Of a stretch of 64,000 nt of DNA, positions 1 through 11,800 are shown in pieces. Source of the stretch: Amoebophrya sp. A120 (taxonomy: Eukaryota > Protista > Dinoflagellata); assembly GCA_905178155.1 (NCBI GenBank), contig CAJINV010000031.1, positions 68,265 to 132,264 on the forward strand. Reading direction: 5' to 3'. A program made the translations under genes and the position numbers. The notes beneath the pieces were generated by a model that was given only the letters and a program-made list of their open reading frames with translations, was not told the DNA's origin and did no database searches. Within the stretch, counting starts at the first letter, position 1. Each line of letters begins with the position of its first letter.

Positions 1-908
1 CGACTGCTTTGGATGCGTCCGAACTTCGCCTCGCCGCACCGGAGGAATTTGACAGCATAGTGGACGGCGTCATGCTTGCGTGGATCGACGCAGCGGCCGG
101 CGAGGTGGCCTGCCGGACCGCCGAGGGGTCGCCCGAGCTCTCTTCGCATTGGGAGCGCCCGCCGTACGTCTTCATTCAATCGGCCACGGAAACGGCGGTC
201 GAGTACACTCTCAATGCCCGCCTACAGCAGTTTGCGAGACGCGCGCGGAAGCGAGGAGTTCCGGCGACTTTTCTAGAAGATTTGCGAAAGTCCGATCTCG
301 TGCGGGGCGTTCTCGTGCGAGCCAACGGAAATGGTGGTGAGCCAGAGGTGAATTACATGGGCCACAACTTCGGGGAGCGAGTGGAAAGTATGCCGACCGC
401 TTTACGTGGAGTGATTGACGGGAGCGCGCTGCCGCCTTTTCTGGTTACCCGCTACCCTCCGCTCGATGATCCGTCAGTCCAGCCTAGAAGACTGAAAATA
501 CACGCATTGATTCGCTACGAGCCTGCTTTCTTTCGGTTCTTGTATCATCCGAAAGTGCTGACCCTCGTCAGCGAAATGCCACCACGAGAACGGATCGCAG
601 ACACTTTCGTTTATGGCGTTTCAAACGTTACATTCTCAACTGTTACATGAATTTGTCATGCAAAATTGCCATAAGCCGCCACACGATCAAGGTGCTTCAC
701 ATGACAAATTCTCGAAGGGCTAAACAGCAGGGGAATCCGTTCCAAATTTGTAATGCAAAACGCGCAATCTTCCCGCTTTGGCTTTTACTTTTGCTGTTCT
801 TGCGCCACAAATTAATGTAACAGTTGAGACTGTAACAGTTGAGAGTCCCATAGCGTTAGCGGCCTCGAGGGCGAATATCTCGCAGTCGAACTGTTCGGGA
901 GACAGTGA
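1..908 (+). CDS. 3' part of hypothetical protein; last exon reached by removing element 612-852
   Basis: Open frame from the window start to 611. Removing 612-857 gives ...DTFV|SGLEGEYLAVELFGRQ* (TGA 906-908). Product not recognised. Confidence 0.6.
612..852. mobile_element. Introner/MITE-like element, TIR family F
   Basis: Imperfect TIR TATGG..TCTCAACTGTTACAT..; TSD tcgtt/gcgtt; removal restores the frame. Confidence 0.8.
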
Positions 909-937
909 GGCCGTGATGAGGTCGGCACGGCGATGGG

Positions 938-1892
938 CGTTCCCGAGTACTAGGAAGACCCGAGTTATAACGTTTTCTTCCTTTTTTCGTATTGATTGAA
1001 GGAAAATACTGTACGATCAGACGTTTCCAAAAATTTTGACGAAAAAGACCGATCGCGCAAAGCTTCTTGGCAACTTTTCGGCAGGGCGCTTTATTTATCA
1101 GGAACGTAGTATTAGCAGGGTCTCGTGCGTCTATTGTTTTGATTCGGTTTCGCCTTATTCTAATAATTGACCATTTTGAATTTGATGCACATTCAGAAAA
1201 CTGGGCCAGGAAAGTGTTCCCAGCCGGTTTCTTTTATGTGTAAATACTACCTGTGAAGAAGGCAACACGACTATACGCTACTCATGTATGATGAGAATGT
1301 AAATTTTTCGAGTTAGGTCGAGGTAAAACGTCGCTCGCAATTATTTTGGTCCAAGGCTCCCCAGTTTATCGACTTACGGTAAGGCAAGGTACAAGTTTGC
1401 TCGTTGTTATTTTATGGTTGGTCCAATGTAGTTCTCCAGTTTAACAGCTTTTTTTGGTAGGTTTGGTAGTTGTAAGTGACACCAAAAAATCTGAAGAGGT
1501 TTAGGTAAGGTCTCCCAGGTTTGCCTCCGGTTCTGTTGTCTGCTGAAAAAAGAAGAAGTTTTGAACAAACAAGCAGGCTCTACCATTTTAGGCCGTAAAA
1601 TTTACGGCCGTTGCTGGCGTTGCGAGTGCGTGACTTCAGTTTCGAGTCTGCGTCGCGGGGCAGATAGACGATCTCGCGCACGCAATACCACAAAGACAAA
1701 AAAAAAGGCGTAGCTGTTGTAACAAGAAAGCAAAAACTACACGAAAGAAATCTATCGCAAGACGAAAACAGGTTTGCGTACAATCTTGGAAAAAAGTTTT
1801 CAAACGTAAACCACTGGAAACAAACGTGGATGTGATACATTTCCTACCAGGAGCGCACGAGGTGGAAGGCAGTACTACCTGCTCCCAAAAGT
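938..1892 (+). repeat. Copy 1 of a diverged intergenic duplication, with an extra ~420 bp at ~1294-1710
   Basis: 938-1293 and 1711-1892 align by eye with ~3051-3363 and 3375-3553 (e.g. gatacatttcctacc.ggagcgca.gaggt.gaaggcagtactac.tgctcccaaaagt). Confidence 0.8.
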
Positions 1893-2429
1893 TTTTTCCG
1901 CTGATGTTTTTTTTCGCTGCTTTTTTGCATTCAGTATTGCGTCAGTTGTCGGATACTTACCTCCTAGGACGACATTGCATCGGTATTGTTTTGTCATGTT
2001 GACGAGTGTCGGCTTTGTTTGTTTTCATGGGTGCGTTTCGTCGACCTTTTTTTACCTATTATGGGTAGGAATGTCCGTATAGGAGTTATGCCGAGAAATA
2101 ATCCACGGACAATCCTGAAGAACCTGAGTCATATTTTTGACGTGACTTTCCTGGTCTGTTTTTTTCCACGATCTAATTGTACATATCAATGTCTGTCTGT
2201 GCTTCTCGTCTCTACTGGTGCGAAACAAGGTTCTAGTTTCAAAGCGTGGTTGTGTCTCACCCACCTAATAGCACAGATGCCGATGTGAAGTTCGTGATAG
2301 CACCTTCTCTGTCTTTCTCCTGCTCGCGAACCCCAGATTTAACTTGCTCCTCTACAACTTCGTGACCAGTTATTTACGGTCTCGTAGTGTCTCTTCTTTG
2401 AAAGCTAGATACAACGGTGGAAAGCGAAA

Positions 2430-2636
2430 ATGGGCAGATCGAGCAAAGTGGCGTATGGGAAATACGGGAAGAGCATAGTGAAGAAAGGACACAAGAAGCA
2501 GACCGGTGGAGGGCTGGTTGCGGCGGACCTGAGTCGCAATAAGAAAGGTAAAGTGGTGCAGGCCAGCCGCAGCGTATTTGAAGCAACGCAAGCAGATGGT
2601 CCTCGGCCCGCGTGGCGTTCTTCGCTTCGCAGATAG
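2430..2636 (+). CDS. DVNP-like (dinoflagellate/viral nucleoprotein) small basic protein
   Basis: SKVAYGKYGKSIVKKGHKKQTGGGLVAADLSRNKKGKVV matches the DVNP core pattern SK.A.GK..K..V..G.K.KT.GGL...DL.KNK.GK.V; C-terminus divergent and short. Confidence 0.7.
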   Translation: MGRSSKVAYGKYGKSIVKKGHKKQTGGGLVAADLSRNKKGKVVQASRSVFEATQADGPRPAWRSSLRR

Positions 2637-3050
2637 GAGCGCGCGCGCCACGCCTCCGTGTGATCCCCCAGGAATCTGACGTGCACGCGCAGCGATGCCC
2701 GGATGCGCTAAGAGCACCTAGCTAGCTCTGTCGTGTGCTCTCCGTTCCGGGAATATTGACAAACATTTTATGCCAGCGTGCAGCCACTCGCACTGCTTTC
2801 TTATATATTTATTTACATCAGACTTGTGCGTGCAAATGTTAGAGCGTGCCAAGCTTCTGCTTTGCGTTGTCTGCCCCATAACACATCCTCGCCAAGGAGA
2901 CGCAGACGCACATCGCGTCCTGGGCGAAAGCAACAAAACAGGCCAAGCGGGCGCTCGGGCTGACGGGCTTCGTACCAGTGGGAGGCAAATCGCAGACGGG
3001 TCAACAGCTGCTTGCCGAGGTGCGCCGCATTTACGCCGCGGCGAAGGAAA

Positions 3051-3553
3051 ACGTTCCCGAGTAGGAAGACCCGAGCTATAACGTTTTCTCCGTAATTCCT
3101 CAGTATCGACTGAGGGAGTTCGAGGGAAGTACTGTAAGATCAAACGTTTACAAGAATTTTGACATAAGAGACTTGAATGTGCAAAACTCGGGAACTCTTT
3201 AGCAGAACGCTTTTGTCAGCTAAGGAGCAGAGTTTCTTTTGTACGTCTTCTGTTCTTTTGATACACCAACTTGGGCCAGGAAAGTTTTCCCAGCCACGGT
3301 TTCTTTTGTTACTACCTGTGAAGGCAACAGAAAAACCACGACTTACGCTACTCATGTATGATGCACCTATGGTTTAGCTGTTGTAAGACAGGAGAAACTA
3401 CACGAAGGAAATCAATCTCAAGACGACAACTACAGGTTTGCTACAATCTTTAGAACATTTTTTCAAACGGAAACCATTGGAAACAAACGTACTTGATACA
3501 TTTCCTACCCGGAGCGCATGAGGTAGAAGGCAGTACTACTTGCTCCCAAAAGT
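3051..3553 (+). repeat. Copy 2 of the diverged intergenic duplication
   Basis: Aligns with 938-1293 plus 1711-1892. Confidence 0.8.
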
Positions 3554-4458
3554 GCAGAGTCGGGCGCTGTTCGCAAGTTCTTTATCTTTCGTGTTGACGT
3601 GGCTCATGTAATACATAAAGACTACAATAAACTATGGCCACAAGAAACTACGCGGAAGACGATCTGGAGTTGCAAGAAGCAACAACTAACAGGATCACGT
3701 CGAATAACAGCAAACGCGCTTCTTGCGATCAAACAGACACGTATAATTCAAACGGAAAAAAATCTTCTCCTGACTCATCATAGTCGGAAAGAAAGACGGA
3801 GAAAGTGAAGGAAACATCAGACAACTCAGGGTGTATCGGTGTAGTCCAGTATAATGGATGTTTAGTACTTTATGGAGTCGCGAGACTTTTACTTATCACA
3901 GATTGTAAGTCACGGCGGCAATCTTTTTCTTTTCTCCGCAGAGAAACTTATGAAGACAATATCAAGCCTTGATTCCGTGTGTACTATCTGATGCAGACAG
4001 AGGAGTGAATCTGAAGAGCTGTTTTTTTGAGTCCTGCGTATTGAATTCCAAGCAGCTGCTCTCGTTTGGCAGCAATTACGACCTGAGTAAAATATTGAGT
4101 ACGTCTTATTTCGTATTTCGCCAACATGAACATACTGCCTTGTTCACGACCGCATTGAAAACTACCGGCAATGCGATCTACAGGTTGATGCTAGGTGTGG
4201 CACTTATGTCGGTTCGCATCAACGAGCCGAAAAAAGGAGCTGTACAATAATTCCTTGTAAAAATGATGGAGTCGCTGGCGCCGGAGTAGTCCTCTGGGTC
4301 GCGTTTCTTTCCCGGCGGCTCCTATTTTGTTGCCACAAGTCGCGACTTGAAATCTAGAACCCGAACCAGACACCTACAGCCAGCAGAAGAGGAGGTTCTG
4401 TCTTCCACTACGACAGGGACCACCGCACAGTGTAGATCTACAAGTTCCGTCCCCTTCT

Positions 4459-5796
4459 ATGTCGGGCGGCGGCGGGGACCCCCCGCCTGCGGGGACGGCG
4501 GAGGGCGAGGCGCTACTCGCGAGTCTGTCGCGGGCGGGCTTCCCGGGGGCGCACCAGCACCAGTCGCCGCTGATCTCGCCCTCGAGCACGCTGAAGGGCA
4601 TTCCAGGCGGGTTGAGCGCCATATCAAATGTAAAAGTGTCTGGGTCTGGAAGATTGCCAGGTTTGGCATTCACATTTTGCATGACTCCTGATGTCTGTGA
4701 TGCATGCCCTAGCATCACAGATTTTGTGAGGGCTTCCTGTTGCTTATACCGCATGACAAATGCTCTTTCTGTGTAGCAAAACTTGGACTCTCTTTGCTGT
4801 TCATGCAATACAGATTTTTTTAGAATCCAAAATCAGCATGACAAGTTGGATTCTTCGAGACCCAGACATTTTTACAGTTGATACGCCAAGCTGCAGAGCG
4901 ATGCGTCGAAGATCTCGATCGCCGACCTGGAGGAGATCCGGCTGCTGGCGATATGGAGTGCAAAAGTATCGTACTCGTAGTAATCGCAGACATGCATTAC
5001 AAATCTTGTTCTCAAGGTAAATCCGCATTACAAATACGAGTGCGATACTTTTACAATGCATGAGCAACCCAGCCCAACAATGAGGAAACCATCGACGGGG
5101 TCGCGCGCCCGGGCCGCAACCTGTCCGCGATGGAGGTCACGCACCCGCCCTACCAAATTGTGGTCATCTACAACCAGAGCCGCCACGCCTCCAACAGCGT
5201 GCTCGCCGACGTGCGAGCGGTTTGGGGCCAGGCGGTGATCGTGGTGCAAACCGTGGAAGACATATCAAATGCAAGGATTATGTCAGGGTCTGGAAGAATG
5301 CAAGTTTATAGTCATGCTCGCCCAGCAAAAGAATCCTCAAGCCTGTCAACATGCACGCTAGTACTCAAGCAGACTAGAGCGCAAGTTTTCTTTCATGCAC
5401 ATCCGCAGTTTGCCAAATGCAGAATAGACAACACGTAGCAAGTCAAAATAAACTTGTCATGCTTCGTCGTCAACTGAAGCGTCCTCATGAAGATTTTCGT
5501 CCACCCCTGCATCACAAGTTTTTCAGACCTTGAGGGATATTTGCACTTGATAAGACAACGCGGTGAGCGAGTCGACCGAGACTACAACGAACTCCGTTGC
5601 CAACAACCGCCTCCAGGGGGTCGACGACGTCATTCTCGTGCGGCCGGGGAAGTGGGGCGACCTGGACCACTTCAAGGAGCGCATGGTACTACACTGATAG
5701 AATACAACCGGGATCATATTGATGAAAATCTCGACTTTATTTTGGAATAAACTACAGGAAGAACAGGACTACTGAAGATTCATTTTTGATGTGTGC

Positions 5797-5830
<34 letters not shown>

Positions 5831-8800
5831 CGACCACACGTGCTGCGCGACGAGAGCTTTTTTTTTGTGTGACTGATATGCGTTCCTCGATCAGTAGTTC
5901 CTGTGTCTACTAACTCAATCCGCGCAAGTTCGTGGTCAAGAACATCCAAAAAATAAATTCGTCCAATTCGTCTACTAGGGTCACTACGAGACACAGAATC
6001 CGTGGTTCTGGCAGGCCAGGCGGCACGGCGAAGTGGTTTTCATGGCGGGGTGGTCGGCGCTGGCCGAAAGCGCGGAGACGGGGCGCATCGTGAAGAACAA
6101 ACTGGGCCTGGTGTGGCCGGGCACCGATCTATGGATTGCAAAAATGTCTGGGTCTGGAAGAATGCAACTTGTGATGCGCATTTCAGAACACAGAAAGATC
6201 TCTCATGCATAGGTAGCAAAAGCTGCCCACTTTCTGTCACCAAAATGTGGGATTTGTCATGCGGATTCGGCATTGCGGAAGCTTCTCGAAACCTGTGATG
6301 CTAGAGCTTCCATGTCAGACCTTCTGTGTCATGCAAAAACAGCATGACTCTTCCAGACCCAGACATTTTTACATTTGATACGATCCGGACGTGAGCGACC
6401 GACTGGAGAAGATCGGCATGAAGCAGATCTTATCAAATGCAAAAATGTCTGGGTCTGGAAGATTCCGAGACTTGTCATGCAGGTTTTCCATGATCCATGT
6501 CATCTGGAACGCAGCACCTAGCATGATAGATTCTGCGGGATCCCTATCATGCCTATCCTGCGTGAGAAACTTCCTCTCAACTTCGTCAAAAGTGGGCAAC
6601 TTTTGGCATTCATGCAACACAGATTTTTGCATGATCCAGAATTAGCATCACAAGCTCCGACCTTCCAGACCCAGACGTATTTGCATTTGATAGATCTGCA
6701 AGAAAGTGGGCGCGCCCACCCCGCCCTTCACAATCCTGTCCGGCTATCGGGTGTAAAATAGACGTCCCCACCCCAGGAGAGTTGTCTTCACGAGGAAATT
6801 TGCAGTTACAGAAGCAGTTGTAAGTAATACAAGAAACGCGCATTTCCATCATGAGAGGCATTTTCAGTCGTGTTTTGGTTTTGGAATTTGTGTTGCAGAG
6901 GTCCCAAGGATTGACTCTTGGGTGGGGAGGACGTTGTTACTCAGGATACCGGCCAGGACTTCGTCGCGAACATCGCTGATGAGGCCTCGAAGAAGGCGCT
7001 GATCGAGAAATTTGTAGGCCAAATATTGGAAATGAACACCGCGGTGCCAGGATTGGTATTATTTGCATTTTTATCTAGTTTGACAGCACTTATCAAGAAC
7101 CGATATAAGTAATTTCTTCTAGAAGAACTATCCAATGTTTACTTCACTTTTAGGTTCTCCCACGTGATTGGGATGATGATAGATGTTGAGGCTTGGTGGA
7201 GTAGATTGCGTAGCTAAAAAGAACTTATCTATTGGTGGAGTAGATTGCGACCGTCTGTTCGCGAACAACTGACGTCGAACTTATCTATCAGGTGAAAAGT
7301 ATTCACGGTGGTGGTGGCAAGGGGAGTGCACAAGTGGCAAACCCGCGGTCGCCGGACCAGGTTCGCGCCGCGGTGTCCCAGGTCTTGAACGAGATGAAAC
7401 GGGCCGACGGAGTGTACTTCGAGGAGAAAGTGAATCACGACGGGGACGGGCGATTCTACCAGTTGGAGCTGGAGCTGGACGGCACCACCGTGGCTAACGG
7501 CGGGCGGTTCGTTTGGTTTAATATGCATAATGCAAAAGCATCGCGTTAGTTGTATAAATCGCATGACAAAGTTCCTCAGCATGAGAAATGAAATTTGTAA
7601 TGCGGCTTTGACTTGAGAAAGAAATTTGTAATGCGTGAGCCGGATTAGAAGTACGAGTGCGATACTTTTGCAATGCATATTCAACAAACGCCTGCAAAAG
7701 GTGGTGGAAATCGGACTCACGGACCAGTATTTGAAGGACTTGTCGGAAGCGCACGATAGCGGCTACGGCGACGATCTGCCCTACTTCATCCCGTGGAAGC
7801 TGTACTCCCAGGCGCGGCAGTGGGCCGCCAGCATCGCGGCAGAGGCGGGCAACAACACCCGCGCGACGCTGGAGGGCCTGGTGTGGCGCGATAAGGAAAA
7901 AAAATTCCATTTCGCTTTCATCGAGTGCAACCGCCGTCCCCAGGTGGAAAACGAGGCCCTAGCGTACAAGGATGAAAACACCTTCGTTCGTTGTCGTGTC
8001 GTGTTTGTTTTCTTTGCGAACTTGTGGTCCGGGTCCGGCAGTAGTAGTACTTCGAGTCGAGGAGGGGGGCCTCACACGCGGGAGGATTGAATTTCATTTT
8101 TTTTCCTGTCAAAAAGAGGTCCGAGACGCTCGCCAATTTTCAAAAAAGGCCCAAAAAAGTGGCCGCGCTATCGACGAGCAGGTCCCCTTAGCGCCTATGC
8201 CGTCAACTCTTTCAAATTCGCCGTCAATTCGTTTTCGACCACGTGTGGACATGATTCTATTTGGACGAAGTGTTTTCAATTGCATATCAGGCTGCTAGAG
8301 AGAGACTCTTCCAACAACCGACGCTATACATTCGCGGAACTGATGATGCGAGCAAAGGGATACCCTGGTAAGTACTACAACGTCTTGATTGATGCGCTAA
8401 TCTGGATTCCAGTGTGAAAATAGCCTCCCATAAAAGTCGTAAAGTACTACTACGCTGATATAAAGTTCTTTCCAGCCGTATACAACTATTCACATGCTTA
8501 TACCACTTTTATCTAACACCGATCCATCGTGAATAAACAAGGTTCCAACATCTTCCAGCCGACGCGCATGCGGAACGTGGCGTGCCACGCTCGCTGGCTG
8601 CATGGCGACCCGGACGAGAACGGCATGATTACCTACAAGCCCGGCGAGGTGGTGGGGATGCAGGGACCCCAGTTTGCGTTTGTGCGTTCTGAGCTGATGC
8701 CGGCGGGGGAGATCTCCTTCACCAGCGACCCGCAGCTGGGGAAAGTGGTCATGTTGGCCGAGAACTGGCATCGGATGTGCGTGAACGCAGAGCGGTACTT

Positions 8801-11800
8801 CCATATGGATTGCAAATATGTCCGGGTCTGGACGAGCGCAGGAGTTATTTGTCATGCAGATTTTGTATGCTCGACGAGGACTGGAATGTAGGTTATAGCA
8901 TGACTGGTCTTGGAAAGGCAAAGGCTTTGCAATGCATGTGATCCCGCATGAGAAATACCGTTTCAGTATGGCAAAAAAGGACCATGTTGTGCTGCCTGCG
9001 CAAGATAAATTTTTGTGTGATCTACAGGACGCATGACAGGTTGCAACCTTCTAGACCCAGACATGTTTGCTGCAGTGGATATTCCAGCTGCGCTATCCCA
9101 CGAAAAAACTGTTTCACTGTGATGATCTTGCAAGATCTGCATCACAAGTTTGTTACACATGACACAGAAAATTTGCCATGCGCGCTTCCCAAGGGAAAAG
9201 ACGCTGAAAAATCCAATGTGCTGCAAGTGTAGCAAGACAAATCGTTCTGTGCTCCATTCTCTGCATGACAAGTTCACAGTGAAACAGTTTTTTCTTGCGA
9301 TATGCGCCGCCCGCTGGTGCTTGGCGAGGGCAGCAAGTACGCCGAGTGCATGCGAATATCAAATGTAAAAACGTCTGGGTCTGGAAGAATGCAACTTGTG
9401 ATGCTGCGTTTGGATTCCAAAAAAATTTGTATTGCATGAGTACTAAAGGAAATGCAACTTTTGCTACGCTGAGAAGGCATTTGTCATGCGGAATAGGCAT
9501 CAAGAAGCCCGCAAAAAATCTGTATTGCTAGGGTATGGATCACAGACATCATGGCTCATGCAAAATCTGCATGACAAGTGTCAGAATCTTCCAGACCCAG
9601 CAGACATTTTTGCATTTGATAGCGAAGGCTGTTCGCCAACTCCGAGTTTCAGTCCGGCCGGATCGCGAGCAACGAGACCTTCTCCGCCATCGAGATCCCG
9701 AACGACCAGCGGGTAACCTGCAGCAGCACCGTGCGCGCCATGCTGGAGGGCCCCGTCGCGGACGTGCTGGTCAACGGCTACCGTCCGGGGGAGGGGATCG
9801 ACCCCGACCGGTACCCTACGGAAAAGGTGCTGCGCGCGGTGGAGCGCTTGTGCGTCCGGTTAAACCGCGAGGAAGCCCCGCCCCGGACCACGGTTTTCAC
9901 CAAATTCAGTCGAGGGGAGGCGACGTTGAGCGAATACCTCGACGCACTGAGAGTGCAGTTGGACGCCCAGGGTAAATAATGATGAACCTAAGTACTTCGA
10001 CTTAGTTGTAGAAGTACACGTGCACGTGTAGAATAACTTGGACTCAATTGTACGTACAACTTGTCCACTTTCATTACCTACGATTGTCGTTGGGGATGAG
10101 AAGTGTACTAACATTAATCCTATTTGTTTCGCCAGGTGGCGGTTGGGTGACGGTTGCCCCTCGGGACACGTGCCAGCAGGGCAACGACTCCGAGTCTGCC
10201 TCCGTGCAGTCGCTTTCGCGCAAAAACGCGGAGATTTTCGGCGAGCGTGCGGGCTGCGTCGGGTTTGAGATCGGGGGTGCCCAGTTCCAAGCCGGGCTGA
10301 TCCGGGGCCTCGATCCGGCCAAGGTGTTGAAGCTAGGACTGCCCTACAACGTGCCCGCCTTCTCCCTGCAGCGGTCCCAGTACGTCAACGGCCTCACGGA
10401 GCTGCCGGAAAATGTGCGCAGGAAACTGTTCGACGCGACCGCGACGCTGACCTTCGAGCACTACTTCGGGCCGGTGCTGGGCGGGGGGGAGGGGCCGCTT
10501 ACCTCCGGCGAATCGAAGTCCGGGCTAATGGCCCTGAGCCAGCGCACGAGCTCGCGAAGCCTGTTTGCCCCGTCGCCGCAGAAAGGGGGAACCACAGCCG
10601 CGGCACTACCTCCGAAGCCCAGTCCGAAGATCTACCGCTCCAGCAGCGGTTCGTTGGTGCGGCCCGCGAAGGATCCCGTCAACGACGGCGACTTTCCCAA
10701 CGTCCCCAGCGAGTACCTACCAGTGGCCTTTTTTCCCTACAACTTCCACGCCGGGAACTACTGGGACCGGGCGAATCCGCTGGAGAAATCGCCGCAGGAC
10801 GCCACCATCTGCGAAATGCTGGATGCAGGGCTGACGCCGCTTCCTACGTGGGTCTTTTCCCCGAAGTTTCCGCTTGAATTGCTCAAACAGTGGACGAAGC
10901 GGCAACTGCAGAACTTTGAGTCCTGCCGGCGGAAGTGCGAGCAGATCCGCATCAAGAACCCGGGCCAGGGCGTGCAGTGGACGGCCGCCGCGGTGTGGGC
11001 CCACGTGGAGTGCATACTAGCTGCGTACGCCGAGACGCAGCACCTGAAGGACCGCAACAAGTTGCCGATCATCTACATCCACAACCACGATTTCAACGGG
11101 TTCAGCGCCCACGTGGGCTATGAACTGCTGAAGTTGGCGCAGAGCAAAAAGTACCGCTACCTCGTCGTCGACTGCGGGTACCGGAAGAACGGCACCCACA
11201 ACGACAACACTGTGGTCTGCGCGGCTTTGAGCTTGACGGAAGAGCAGAAGCAGGCTCTGCAACAGTACAACGAGAATCAGCAGCTGATCGAGAAGGTGCT
11301 AACGCGGTTCGACAGTCGGGAGTCGCAAATGACACCGTGGGACAGCGAGTGGGCGGGCGGCACGGAGGGCAGCGATCTGCGGATCGCGAAGGAGTACGGG
11401 CTGAGCCCCTTGCAGATCGAGAACGCCAAGAACGTGGCCTCCGACGTGTTCCCCCTGGAGCGCGCCGTCACGCCGTTTACCACACAGAAAAAAGCAGGCA
11501 GGTCATATAATCTGTAATGCGAAAATAGATACACAAAAAAATCTGTAATGCTTATCCTAAACAGCATGCTATGGGGCCGCCCATGACAGTTTTTTTTGTG
11601 TGTTTGTTTTTGCATCACAAGTAATACGCCCCGCCTGATTTTTTCTGTGGGATACCGTTCTCGGAGTACAAGCTGCGGCTGGGCATCGCCATCATGTATC
11701 AAATGCAAAAATGTCTGGGTCTGGAGCAAAGCAACTTGTCATGCTATATCTGAATCATGTAAAAATCTGTGTTGCATGATTACCAAAAGCTGTCCGCTTT

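Noticed and set aside
5752-5994. Minus-strand poly-His ORF
   Set aside because: It is a translation of the (ATG)n microsatellite inside a canonical intron.
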